Origin: the human T2T-CHM13v2.0 reference genome, Homo sapiens
Assembly: GCF_009914755.1 (NCBI RefSeq)
Contig: NC_060935.1
Reading direction: 5' to 3' (one strand)
Length of the DNA: 64,000 bases
Within the stretch, counting starts at the first letter, position 1. Each line of letters begins with the position of its first letter. The notes below the pieces were generated by a model. The model saw nothing but the letters and a program-made list of their open reading frames with translations. It was not told the origin of the DNA and searched no databases. The position numbers were made by a program, and so were the translations under genes. Positions 1 through 12,800 of the stretch are shown here, piece after piece.

Positions 1-46
1 CCTACTGTAGTAAAGGAAATAACTTCATCTAAAAACCAAACGGAAG

Positions 47-214
47 CATTCACAGACAATTCTTAGTGATCATTGCATTGAACTAACAGAGCTGAACATT
101 CCTTTAGATGGCGCAGTTTCCAAACACACTTTCTGTAGAATCTGCAAGTGGATATTTGGACCTCTCGGAGGATTTCGTTGGAAACGGGATAAACTTCCCA
201 GAACTACACGGAAG
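47..214 (+). repeat. Monomer 1, B-type (W1-like), 168 bp, canonical CENP-B box
   Basis: Shortest monomer; contains TTTCGTTGGAAACGGGA. The W label is inferred from the B-B-B-A-A order of SF3. Confidence 0.8.
173..189 (+). other. CENP-B box in monomer 1 (representative; recurs every ~850 bp, core broken in 9 copies seen)
   Basis: TTTCGTTGGAAACGGGA is an exact match to the YTTCGTTGGAARCGGGA consensus. Confidence 0.96.
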
Positions 215-384
215 CATTGTGAGAAACTTCTTTGTGATGTTTGCATTCAACTCACAGAGTTGAACCTTGCTTTCATAGTTCAGCTTTCAAACACTCTTTT
301 TGTAGAATCTGCAAGTGGATATTTGGACCACTTTGTGGCCTTCCTTCGAAACGGGTATATCTTCACATCAAACCTAGACAGAAG
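215..384 (+). repeat. Monomer 2, B-type (W2-like), degenerate CENP-B box
   Basis: Box position reads CTTCCTTCGAAACGGGT (TTCC in place of TTCG). Confidence 0.8.
340..356 (+). other. Degenerate CENP-B box in monomer 2, predicted non-binding (representative)
   Basis: CTTCCTTCGAAACGGGT lacks the core G of TTCG in every HOR inspected. Confidence 0.85.
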
Positions 385-555
385 CATTCTCAGAATGTTT
401 CCTGTGATGACTGCATTCAACTCACAGAGGTGAACAATCCTGCTGATGGAGCAGTTTTGAAACTCTCTTTCTTTGGATTCTGCAAGTGGATATGTTGACC
501 TCTGTGAAGATTTCGTTGGAAACGGGTTCATCTTCATAGAAAAACTAAACAGGAG
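385..555 (+). repeat. Monomer 3, B-type (W3-like), intact CENP-B box core
   Basis: Contains TTTCGTTGGAAACGGGT at 511-527. Confidence 0.8.
511..527 (+). other. CENP-B box in monomer 3 (representative; recurs every ~850 bp, core broken in 1 copy seen)
   Basis: TTTCGTTGGAAACGGGT keeps all nine core bases of nTTCGnnnnAnnCGGGn. Confidence 0.94.
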
Positions 556-725
556 CATTCTCAGAAACTGCTTTGTGATGTTTGTGTTCCACTTAAAGAA
601 TTGAACTTTCCTCTTGACAGAGCAGCTCTGAAACCCTCTTTTTCTAGAATCTGCAAGTGGACATTTGGAGGGCTTTGAGGCCTGTGGTGGAAAAGGAAAA
701 TCTTCACATAAAAACTTTATGGAAG
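556..725 (+). repeat. Monomer 4, A-type (W4-like), carries the XbaI site
   Basis: Box position reads CTGTGGTGGAAAAGGAA (A/pJalpha-type); TCTAGA at 643-648. Confidence 0.8.
682..698 (+). other. A-box (pJalpha-type motif) in monomer 4 (representative)
   Basis: CTGTGGTGGAAAAGGAA occupies the position homologous to the CENP-B box. Confidence 0.7.
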
Positions 726-896
726 CATTCTCAGAAACTTCTTTGTGATGATTGCATTCGACTCACAGAGTTGAACATTCCTATAGATAGAGCAGGTTGT
801 AAACAATCTTTTTGTAGAATCTGCGATTGGAGATTTGGACTGCTTTGAGGCCTACTGTAGTAAAGGAAATTACTTCATCTAAAAACCAAACGGAAG
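726..896 (+). repeat. Monomer 5, A-type (W5-like)
   Basis: Box position reads CTACTGTAGTAAAGGAA; no CENP-B core. Confidence 0.78.
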
Positions 897-3800
897 CATT
901 CACAGACAATTCTTAGTGATCATTGGATTGAACTAACAGAGCTGAACACTCCTTTAGATGGAGCAGTTTCCAAACCCACTTTCTGTAGAATCTGCAAGTG
1001 GATATTTGGACTTCTCTGAGGATTTCTTTGGAAACGGGATAAACTTCCCAGAACTACACGGAAGCATTGTGAGAAACTTCTTTGTGATGTTTGCATTCAA
1101 CTCACAGAGTTGAACCTTGTTTTCATAGTTCAGCTTTCAAACACTCTTTTTGTAGAATCTGCAAGTGGATATTTGGACCACTTTGTGGCCTTCCTTCGAA
1201 ACGGGTATATCTTCACATCAAACCTAGACAGAAACATTCTCAGAATGTTTCCTGTGATGACTGCATTCAACTCACAGAGGTGAACAATCCTGTTGATGGA
1301 GCACTTTTGAAACTCTCTTTCTTTGGATTCTGCAAGTTGATATGTGGACCTCTGTGAAGATTTCGTTGGAAACGGGTTCATCTTCACAGAAAAACTAAAC
1401 AGAAGCATTCTCAGAAACTACTTTGTGATGTTTGTGTTCCACTTCAAGAATTGAACTTTCCTCTTGACAGAGCAGCTCTGAAACCCTCTTTTTCTAGAAT
1501 CTGCAAGTGGACATTTGGAGGGCTTTGAGGCCTGTGGTGGAAAAGGAAAATCTTCACATAAAAACTAGATGGAAGCATTCTCAGAAACTACTTTGTGATG
1601 ATTGCATTCGACTCACAGAGTTGAACATTCCTATAGATAGAGCAGGTTGTAAACAATCTTTTTGTAGAATCTGCGATTGGAGATTTGGATTGCTTTGAGG
1701 CCTACTGTAGTAAAGGAAATAACTTCATCTAAAAACCAAACGGAAGCATTCACAGAAAATTCTTAGTGATCATTGCATTGAACTAACAGAGGTGAACATT
1801 CCTTTAGATGGCGCAGTTTCCAAACACACTTTCTGTAGAATCTGCAAGTGGATATTTGGACCTCTCTGAGGATTTCGTTGGAAACGGGATAAACTTCCCA
1901 GAACTACACGGAAGCATTGTGAGAAACTTCTTTGTGATGTTTGCATTCAACTCACAGAGTTGAACCTTGCTTTCATAGTTCAGCTTTCAAACACTCTTTT
2001 TGTAGAATCTGCAAGTGGATATTTGGACCACTTTGTGGCCTTCCTTCGAAACGGGTATATCTTCACATCAAACCTAGACAGAAGCATTCTCAGAATGTTT
2101 CCTGTGATGACTGCATTCAACTCACAGAGGTGAACAATCCTGCTGATGGAGCAGTTTTAAACTCTCTTTCTTTGGATTCTGCAAGTGGATATGTGGACCT
2201 CTGTGAAGATTTCGTTGGAAACGGGTTCATCTTCACAGAAAAACTAAACAGGAGCATTCTCAGAAACTGCTTTGTGATGTTTGTGTTCCACTTTAAGAAT
2301 TGAACTTTCCTCTTGACAGAGCAGCTCTGAAACCCTCTTTTTCTATAATCTGCAAGTGGACATTTGGAGGGCTTTGAGGCCTGTGGTGGAAAAGGAAAAT
2401 CTTCACATAAAAACTAGATGGAAGCATTCTCAGAAACTACTTTGTGATGATTGCATTCGACTCACAGAGTTGAACATTCCTATAGATAGAGCAGGTTGTA
2501 AACAATCTTTTTGTAGAATCTGCGATTGGAGATTTGGACTGCTTTGAGGCCTACTGTAGTAAAGGAAATAACTTCATCTACAAACCAAACGGAAGCATTC
2601 ACAGACAATTCTTAGTGATCATTGCATTGAACTAACAGCTGAACATTCCTTTAGATGGAGCAGTTTCCAAACCCACTTTCTGTAGAATCTTCAAGTGGAT
2701 ATTTGGACTTCTCTGAGGATTTCGTTGGAAACGGGATAAACTTCCCAGAACTACACGGAAGCATTGTGAGAAACTTCTTTGTGATGTTTGCATTCAACTC
2801 ACAGAGTTGAACCTTGCTTTCATAGTTCAGCTTTCAAACACTCTTTTTGTAGAATCTGCAAGTGGATATTTGGACCACTTTGTGGCCTTCCTTCGAAACG
2901 GGTATATCTTCCCATCAAACCTAGACAGAAGCATTCTCAGAATGTTTCCTGTGATGACTGCATTCAACTCACAGAGGTGAACAATCCTGTTGATGGAGCA
3001 CTTTTGAAACTCTCTTTCTTTGGATTCTGCAAGTTGATATGTGGACCTCTGTGAAGATTTCGTTGGAAACGGGTTCATCTTCACAGAAAAACTAAACAGA
3101 AGCATTCTCAGAAACTACTTTGTGATGTTTGTGTTCCACTTCTAGAATTGAACTTTCCTCTTGACAGAGCAGCTCTGAAACCCTCTTTTTCTAGAATCTG
3201 CAAGTGGACATTTGGAGGGCTTTGAGGCCTGTGGTGGAAAAGGAAAATCTTCACATAAAAACTAGATGGAAGCATTCTCAGAAACTACTTTGTGATGATT
3301 GCATTCGACTCACAGAGTTGAACATTCCTATAGATAGAGCAGGTTGTAAACAATCTTTTTGTAGAATCTGCGATTGGAGGTTTGGACTGCTTTGAGGCCT
3401 ACTGTAGTAAAGGAAATAACTTCATCTAAAAACCAAACGGAAGCATTCAGAGACAATTCTTAGTGATCATTGCATTGAACTAACAGAGCTGAACATTCCT
3501 TTAGATGGCGCAGTTTCCAAACACACTTTCCGTAGAATCTGCAAGTGGATATTTGGACCTCTCTGAGGATTTCGTTGGAAACGGGATAAACTTCCCAGAA
3601 CTACACGGAAGCATGCTGAGAAACTTCTTTGTGATGTTTGCATTCAACTCACAGAGTTGAACCTTGCTTTCATAGTTCAGCTTTCAAACACTCTTTTTGT
3701 AGAATCTGCAAGTGGATATTTGGACCACTTTGTGGCCTTCCTTCGAAACGGGTATATCTTCACATCAAACCAAGACAGAAGCATTCTCAGAATGTTTCCT

Positions 3801-6800
3801 GTGATGACTGCATTCAACTCACAGAGGTGAACAATCCTGCTGATGGAGCAATTTTGAAACTCTCTTTCTTTGGATTCTGCAAGTGGATATGTGGACCTCT
3901 GTGAACATTTCGTTGGAAACGGGTTCATCTTCACAGAAAAACTAAACAGAAGCATTCTCAGAAACTGCTTTGTGATGTTTGTGTTCCACTTCAGGAATTG
4001 AACTTTCCTCTTGACAGAGCAGCTCTGAAACCCTCTTATTCTAGAATCTGCAAGTGGACATTTGGAGGGCTTTGAGGCCTGTGGTGGAAAAGGAAAATCT
4101 TCACATAAAAACTAGATGGAAGCATTCTCAGAAACTACTTTGTGATGATTGCATTCGACTCACAGAGTTGAACATTCCTATAGATAGAGCAGGTTGTAAA
4201 CAATCTTTTTGTAGAATCTGCGATTGGAGATTTGGACTGCTTTGAGTCCTACTGTAGTAAAGGAAATAACTTCATCTAAAAACCAAACGGAAGCATTCAC
4301 AGACAATTCTTAGTGATCATTGGATTGAACTAACAGAGCTGAACATTCCTTTAGATGGCGCAGTTTCCAAACACACTTTCTGTAGAATCTGCAAGTGTAT
4401 ATTTGGACTTCTCTGAGGATTTCGTTGGAAACGGGATAAACTTCCCAGAACTACACGGAAGCATTGTGAGAAACTTCTTTGTGATGTTTGCATTCAACTC
4501 ACAGAGTTGAACCTTGCTTTCATAGTTCAGCTTTCAAACACTCTTTTTGTAGAATCTGCAAGTGGATATTTGGACCACTTTTTGGGCTTCCTTCGAAACG
4601 GGTATATCTTCACATCAAACCTAGACAGAAACATTCTCAGAATGTTTCCTGTGATGACTGCATTCAACTCACAGAGGTGAACAATCCTGCTGATGGAGCA
4701 GTTTTGAAACTCTCTTTCTTTGGATTCTGCAAGTGGATATGTGGACCTCTGTGAAGATTTCGTTGGAAACGGGTTCATCTTCACAGAAAAACTAAACAGG
4801 AGCATTCTCAGAAACTGCTTTGTGATGTTTGTGTTCCACTTCAAGAATTGAACTTTCCTCTTGACAGAACAGCTCTGAAACCCTCTTTTTCTAGAATCTG
4901 CAAGTGGACATTTGGAGGGCTTTGAGGCCTGTGGTGGAAAAGGAAAATCTTCACATAAAAACTAGATGGAAGCATTCTCAGAAACTACTTTGTGATGATT
5001 GCATTCGACTCACAGAGTTGAACATTCCTATAGATAGAGCAGGTTTTAAACAATCTTTTTCTAGAATCTGCGATTGGAGATTTGGACTGCTTTGAGGCCT
5101 ACTGTAGTAAAGGAAATAACTTCATCTAAAAACCAAACGGAAGCATTCACAGACAATTCTTAGTGATCATTGCATTGAACTAACAGAGCTGAACATTCCT
5201 TTAGATGGCGCAGTTTCCAAACACACTTTCTGTAGAATCTGCAAGTGGATATTTGGACCTCTCGGAGGATTTCGTTGGAAACGGGATAAACTTCCCAGAA
5301 CTACACGGAAGCATTGTGAGAAACTTCTTTGTGATGTTTGCATTCAACTCACAGAGTTGAACCTTGCTTTCATAGTTCAGCTTTCAAACACTCTTTTTGT
5401 AGAATCTGCAAGTGGATATTTGGACCACTTTGTGGCCTTCCTTCGAAACGGGTATATCTTCACATCAAACCTAGACAGAAGCATTCTCAGAATGTTTCCT
5501 GTGATGACTGCATTCAACTCACAGAGGTGAACAATCCTGCTGATGGAGCAGTTTTGAAACTCTCTTTCTTTGGATTCTGCAAGTGGATATGTGGACCTCT
5601 GTGAAGATTTCGTTGGAAACGGGTTCATCTTCACAGAAAAACTAAACAGGAGCATTCTCAGAAACTGCTTTGTGATGTTTGTGTTCCACTTAAAGAATAG
5701 AACTTTTCTCTTGACAGAGCAGCTCTGAAACCCTCTTTTTCTAGAATCTGCAAGTGGACATTTGGAGGGCTTTGAGGCCTGTGGTGGAAAAGGAAAATCT
5801 TCACATAAAAACTTTATGGAAGCATTCTCAGAAACTTCTTTGTGATGATTGCATTCGACTCACAGAGTTGAACATTCCTATAGATAGAGCAGGTTGTAAA
5901 CAATCTTTTTGTAGAATCTGCGATTGGAGATTTGGACTGCTTTGAGGCCTACTGTAGTAAAGGAAATTACTTCATCTAAAAACCAAACGGAAGCATTCAC
6001 AGACAATTCTTAGTGATCATTGGATTGAACTAACAGAGCTGAACACTCCTTTAGATGCAGCAGTTTCCAAACCCACTTTCTGTAGAATCTGCAAGTGGAT
6101 ATTTGGACTTCTCTGAGGATTTCGTTGGAAACGGGATAAACTTCCCAGAACTACACGGAAGCATTGTGAGAAACTTCTTTGTGATGTTTGCATTCAACTC
6201 ACAGAGTTGAACCTTGTTTTCATAGTTCAGCTTTCAAACACTCTTTTTGTAGAATCTGCAAGTGGATATTTGGACCACTTTGTGGCCTTCCTTCGAAACG
6301 GGTATATCTTCACATCAAACCTAGACAGAAACATTCTCAGAATGTTTCCTGTGATGACTGCATTCAACTCACAGAGGTGAACAATCCTGTTGATGGAGCA
6401 CTTTTGAAACTCTCTTTCTTTGGATTCTGCAAGTTGATATGTGGACCTCTGTGAAGATTTCGTTGGAAACGGGTTCATCTTCACAGAAAAACTAAACAGA
6501 AGCATTCTCAGAAACTACTTTGTGATGTTTGTGTTCCACTTCAAGAATTGAACTTTCCTCTTGACAGAGCAGCTCTGAAACCCTCTTTTTCTAGAATCTG
6601 CAAGTGGACATTTGGAGGGCTTTGAGGCCTGTGGTGGAAAAGGAAAATCTTCACATAAAAACTAGATGGAAGCATTCTCAGAAACTACTTTGTGATGATT
6701 GCATTCGACTCACAGAGTTGAACATTCCTATAGATAGAGCAGGTTGTAAACAATCTTTTTGTAGAATCTGCGATTGGAGATTTGGATTGCTTTGAGGCCT

Positions 6801-9800
6801 ACTGTAGTAAAGGAAATAACTTCATCTAAAAACCAAACGGAAGCATTCACAGAAAATTCTTAGTGATCATTGCATTGAACTAACAGAGGTGAACATTCCT
6901 TTAGATGGCGCAGTTTCCAAACACACTTTCTGTAGAATCTGCATGTGGATATTTGGACCTCTCTGAGGATTTCGTTGGAAACGGGATAAACTTCCCAGAA
7001 CTACACGGAAGCATTGTGAGAAACTTCTTTGTGATGTTTGCATTCAACTCACAGAGTTGAACCTTGCTTTCATAGTTCAGCTTTCAAACACTCTTTTTGT
7101 AGAATCTGCAAGTGGATATTTGGACCACTTTGTGGCCTTCCTTCGAAACGGGTATATCTTCACATCAAACCTAGACAGAAGCATTCTCAGAATGTTTCCT
7201 GTAATGACTGCATTCAACTCACAGAGGTGAACAATCCTGCTGATGGAGCAGTTTTAAACTCTCTTTCTTTGGATTCTGCAAGTGGATATGTGGACCTCTG
7301 TGAAGATTTCGTTGGAAACGGGTTCATCTTCACAGAAAAACTAAACAGGAGCATTCTCAGAAACTGCTTTGTGATGTTTGTGTTCCACTTTAAGAATTGA
7401 ACTTTCCTCTTGACAGAGCAGCTCTGAAACCCTCTTTTTCTATAATCTGCAAGTGGACATTTGGAGGGCTTTGAGGCCTGTGGTGGAAAAGGAAAATCTT
7501 CACATAAAAACTAGATGGAAGCATTCTCAGAAACTACTTTGTGATGATTGCATTCGACTCACAGAGTTGAACATTCCTATAGATAGAGCAGGTTGTAAAC
7601 AATCTTTTTGTAGAATCTGCGATTGGAGATTTGGACTGCTTTGAGGCCTACTGTAGTAAAGGAAATAACTTCATCTACAAACCAAACGGAAGCATTCACA
7701 GACAATTCTTAGTGATCATTGCATTGAACTAACAGCTGAACATTCCTTTAGATGGAGCAGTTTCCAAACCCACTTTCTGTAGAATCTTCAAGTGGATATT
7801 TGGACTTCTCTGAGGATTTCGTTGGAAACGGGATAAACTTCCCAGAACTACACGGAAGCATTGTGAGAAACTTCTTTGTGATGTTTGCATTCAACTCACA
7901 GAGTTGAACCTTGCTTTCATAGTTCAGCTTTCAAACACTCTTTTTGTAGAATCTGCAAGTGGATATTTGGACCACTTTGTGGCCTTCCTTCGAAACGGGT
8001 ATATCTTCCCATCAAACCTAGACAGAAGCATTCTCAGAATGTTTCCTGTGATGACTGCATTCAACTCACAGAGGTGAACAATCCTGTTGATGGAGCACTT
8101 TTGAAACTCTCTTTCTTTGGATTCTGCAAGTTGATATGTGGACCTCTGTGAAGATTTCGTTGGAAACGGGTTCATCTTCACAGAAAAACTAAACAGAAGC
8201 ATTCTCAGAAACTACTTTGTGATGTTTGTGTTCCACTTCTAGAATTGAACTTTCCTCTTGACAGAGCAGCTCTGAAACCCTCTTTTTCTAGAATCTGCAA
8301 GTGGACATTTGGAGGGCTTTGAGGCCTGTGGTGGAAAAGGAAAATCTTCACATAAAAACTAGATGGAAGCATTCTCAGAAACTACTTTGTGATGATTGCA
8401 TTCGACTCACAGAGTTGAACATTCCTATAGATAGAGCAGGTTGTAAACAATCTTTTTGTAGAATCTGCGATTGGAGATTTGGACTGCTTTGAGGCCTACT
8501 GTAGTAAAGGAAATAACTTCATCTAAAAACCAAACGGAAGCATTCACAGACAATTCTTAGTGATCATTGCATTGAACTAACAGAGCTGAACATTCCTTTA
8601 GATGGCGCAGTTTCCAAACACACTTTCTGTAGAATCTGCAAGTGGATATTTGGACCTCTCTGAGGATTTCGTTGGAAACGGGATAAACTTCCCAGAACTA
8701 CACGGAAGCATGCTGAGAAACTTCTTTGTGATGTTTGCATTCAACTCACAGAGTTGAACCTTGCTTTCATAGTTCAGCTTTCAAACACTCTTTTTGTAGA
8801 ATCTGCAAGTGGATATTTGGACCACTTTGTGGCCTTCCTTCGAAACGGGTATATCTTCACATCAAACCAAGACAGAAGCATTCTCAGAATGTTTCCTGTG
8901 ATGACTGCATTCAACTCACAGAGGTGAACAATCCTGCTGATGGAGCAATTTTGAAACTCTCTTTCTTTGGATTCTGCAAGTGGATATGTGGACCTCTGTG
9001 AACATTTCGTTGGAAACGGGTTCATCTTCACAGAAAAACTAAACAGAAGCATTCTCAGAAACTGCTTTGTGATGTTTGTGTTCCACTTCAGGAATTGAAC
9101 TTTCCTCTTGACAGAGCAGCTCTGAAACCCTCTTATTCTAGAATCTGCAAGTGGACATTTGGAGGGCTTTGAGGCCTGTGGTGGAAAAGGAAAATCTTCA
9201 CATAAAAACTAGATGGAAGCATTCTCAGAAACTACTTTGTGATGATTGCATTCGACTCACAGAGTTGAACATTCCTATAGATAGAGCAGGTTGTAAACAA
9301 TCTTTTTGTAGAATCTGCGATTGGAGATTTGGACTGCTTTGAGTCCTACTGTAGTAAAGGAAATAACTTCATCTAAAAACCAAACGGAAGCATTCACAGA
9401 CAATTCTTAGTGATCATTGGATTGAACTAACAGAGCTGAACATTCCTTTAGATGGCGCAGTTTCCAAACACACTTTCTGTAGAATCTGCAAGTGTATATT
9501 TGGACTTCTCTGAGGATTTCGTTGGAAACGGGATAAACTTCCCAGAACTACACGGAAGCATTGTGAGAAACTTCTTTGTGATGTTTGCATTCAACTCACA
9601 GAGTTGAACCTTGCTTTCATAGTTCAGCTTTCAAACACTCTTTTTGTAGAATCTGCAAGTGGATATTTGGACCACTTTTTGGGCTTCCTTCGAAACGGGT
9701 ATATCTTCACATCAAACCTAGACAGAAACATTCTCAGAATGTTTCCTGTGATGACTGCATTCAACTCACAGAGGTGAACAATCCTGCTGATGGAGCAGTT

Positions 9801-12800
9801 TTGAAACTCTCTTTCTTTGGATTCTGCAAGTGGATATGTGGACCTCTGTGAAGATTTCGTTGGAAACGGGTTCATCTTCACAGAAAAACTAAACAGGAGC
9901 ATTCTCAGAAACTGCTTTGTGATGTTTGTGTTCCACTTCAAGAATTGAACTTTCCTCTTGACAGAACAGCTCTGAAACCCTCTTTTTCTAGAATCTGCAA
10001 GTGGACATTTGGAGGGCTTTGAGGCCTGTGGTGGAAAAGGAAAATCGTCACATAAAAACTAGATGGAAGCATTCTCAGAAACTACTTTGTGATGATTGCA
10101 TTCGACTCACAGAGTTGAACATTCCTATAGATAGAGCAGGTTTTAAACAATCTTTTTCTAGAATCTGCGATTGGAGATTTGGACTGCTTTGAGGCCTACT
10201 GTAGTAAAGGAAATAACTTCATCTAAAAACCAAACGGAAGCATTCACAGACAATTCTTAGTGATCATTGCATTGAACTAACAGAGCTGAACATTCCTTTA
10301 GATGGCGCAGTTTCCAAACACACTTTCTGTAGAATCTGCAAGTGGATATTTGGACCTCTCGGAGGATTTCGTTGGAAACGGGATAAACTTCCCAGAACTA
10401 CACGGAAGCATTGTGAGAAACTTCTTTGTGATGTTTGCATTCAACTCACAGAGTTGAACCTTGCTTTCATAGTTCAGCTTTCAAACACTCTTTTTGTAGA
10501 ATCTGCAAGTGGATATTTGGACCACTTTGTGGCCTTCCTTCGAAACGGGTATATCTTCACATCAAACCTAGACAGAAGCATTCTCAGAATGTTTCCTGTG
10601 ATGACTGCATTCAACTCACAGAGGTGAACAATCCTGCTGATGGAGCAGTTTTGAAACTCTCTTTCTTTGGATTCTGCAAGTGGATATGTGGACCTCTGTG
10701 AAGATTTCGTTGGAAACGGGTTCATCTTCACAGAAAAACTAAACAGGAGCATTCTCAGAAACTGCTTTGTGATGTTTGTGTTCCACTTAAAGAATAGAAC
10801 TTTTCTCTTGACAGAGCAGCTCTGAAACCCTCTTTTTCTAGAATCTGCAAGTGGACATTTGGAGGGCTTTGAGGCCTGTGGTGGAAAAGGAAAATCTTCA
10901 CATAAAAACTTTATGGAAGCATTCTCAGAAACTTCTTTGTGATGATTGCATTCGACTCACAGAGTTGAACATTCCTATAGATAGAGCAGGTTGTAAACAA
11001 TCTTTTTGTAGAATCTGCGATTGGAGATTTGGACTGCTTTGAGGCCTACTGTAGTAAAGGAAATTACTTCATCTAAAAACCAAACGGAAGCATTCACAGA
11101 CAATTCTTAGTGATCATTGGATTGAACTAACAGAGCTGAACACTCCTTTAGATGCAGCAGTTTCCAAACCCACTTTCTGTAGAATCTGCAAGTGGATATT
11201 TGGACTTCTCTGAGGATTTCGTTGGAAACGGGATAAACTTCCCAGAACTACACGGAAGCATTGTGAGAAACTTCTTTGTGATGTTTGCATTCAACTCACA
11301 GAGTTGAACCTTGTTTTCATAGTTCAGCTTTCAAACACTCTTTTTGTAGAATCTGCAAGTGGATATTTGGACCACTTTGTGGCCTTCCTTCGAAACGGGT
11401 ATATCTTCACATCAAACCTAGACAGAAACATTCTCAGAATGTTTCCTGTGATGACTGCATTCAACTCACAGAGGTGAACAATCCTGTTGATGGAGCACTT
11501 TTGAAACTCTCTTTCTTTGGATTCTGCAAGTTGATATGTGGACCTCTGTGAAGATTTCGTTGGAAACGGGTTCATCTTCACAGAAAAACTAAACAGAAGC
11601 ATTCTCAGAAACTACTTTGTGATGTTTGTGTTCCACTTCAAGAATTGAACTTTCCTCTTGACAGAGCAGCTCTGAAACCCTCTTTTTCTAGAATCTGCAA
11701 GTGGACATTTGGAGGGCTTTGAGGCCTGTGGTGGAAAAGGAAAATCTTCACATAAAAACTAGATGGAAGCATTCTCAGAAACTACTTTGTGATGATTGCA
11801 TTCGACTCACAGAGTTGAACATTCCTATAGATAGAGCAGGTTGTAAACAATCTTTTTGTAGAATCTGCGATTGGAGATTTGGATTGCTTTGAGGCCTACT
11901 GTAGTAAAGGAAATAACTTCATCTAAAAACCAAACGGAAGCATTCACAGAAAATTCTTAGTGATCATTGCATTGAACTAACAGAGGTGAACATTCCTTTA
12001 GATGGCGCAGTTTCCAAACACACTTTCTGTAGAATCTGCATGTGGATATTTGGACCTCTCTGAGGATTTCGTTGGAAACGGGATAAACTTCCCAGAACTA
12101 CACGGAAGCATTGTGAGAAACTTCTTTGTGATGTTTGCATTCAACTCACAGAGTTGAACCTTGCTTTCATAGTTCAGCTTTCAAACACTCTTTTTGTAGA
12201 ATCTGCAAGTGGATATTTGGACCACTTTGTGGCCTTCCTTCGAAACGGGTATATCTTCACATTAAACCTAGACAGAAGCATTCTCAGAATGTTTCCTGTA
12301 ATGACTGCATTCAACTCACAGAGGTGAACAATCCTGCTGATGGAGCAGTTTTGAAACTCTCTTTCTTTGGATTCTGCAAGTGGATATGTGGACCTCTGTG
12401 AAGATTTCGTTGGAAACGGGTTCATCTTCACAGAAAAACTAAACAGGAGCATTCTCAGAAACTGCTTTGTGATGTTTGTGTTCCACTTTAAGAATTGAAC
12501 TTTCCTCTTGACAGAGCAGCTCTGAAACCCTCTTTTTCTAGAATCTGCAAGTGGACATTTGGAGGGCTTTGAGGCCTGTGGTGGAAAAGGATAATCTTCA
12601 CATAAAAACTAGATGGAAGCATTCTCAGAAACTACTTTGTGATGATTGCATTCGACTCACAGAGTTGAACATTCCTATAGATAGAGCAGGTTGTAAACAA
12701 TCTTTTTGTAGAATCTGCGATTGGAGATTTGGACTGCTTTGAGGCCTACTGTAGTAAAGGAAATAACTTCATCTAAAAATCAAACGGAAGAATTCACAGA

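Larger units (their letters stand above)
47..896 (+). repeat. First complete HOR unit (850 bp, five monomers)
   Basis: Monomer-start motif (GAAG/GGAG)CATT at 47, 215, 385, 556 and 726, with the next HOR starting at 897. Lengths 168+170+171+170+171 = 850. Confidence 0.95.

Noticed and set aside
1941-2303. Longer 120-aa ORF (also 7038-7400)
   Set aside because: It is produced by a 1-bp deletion at 2158/7255 that shifts the frame within satellite sequence.
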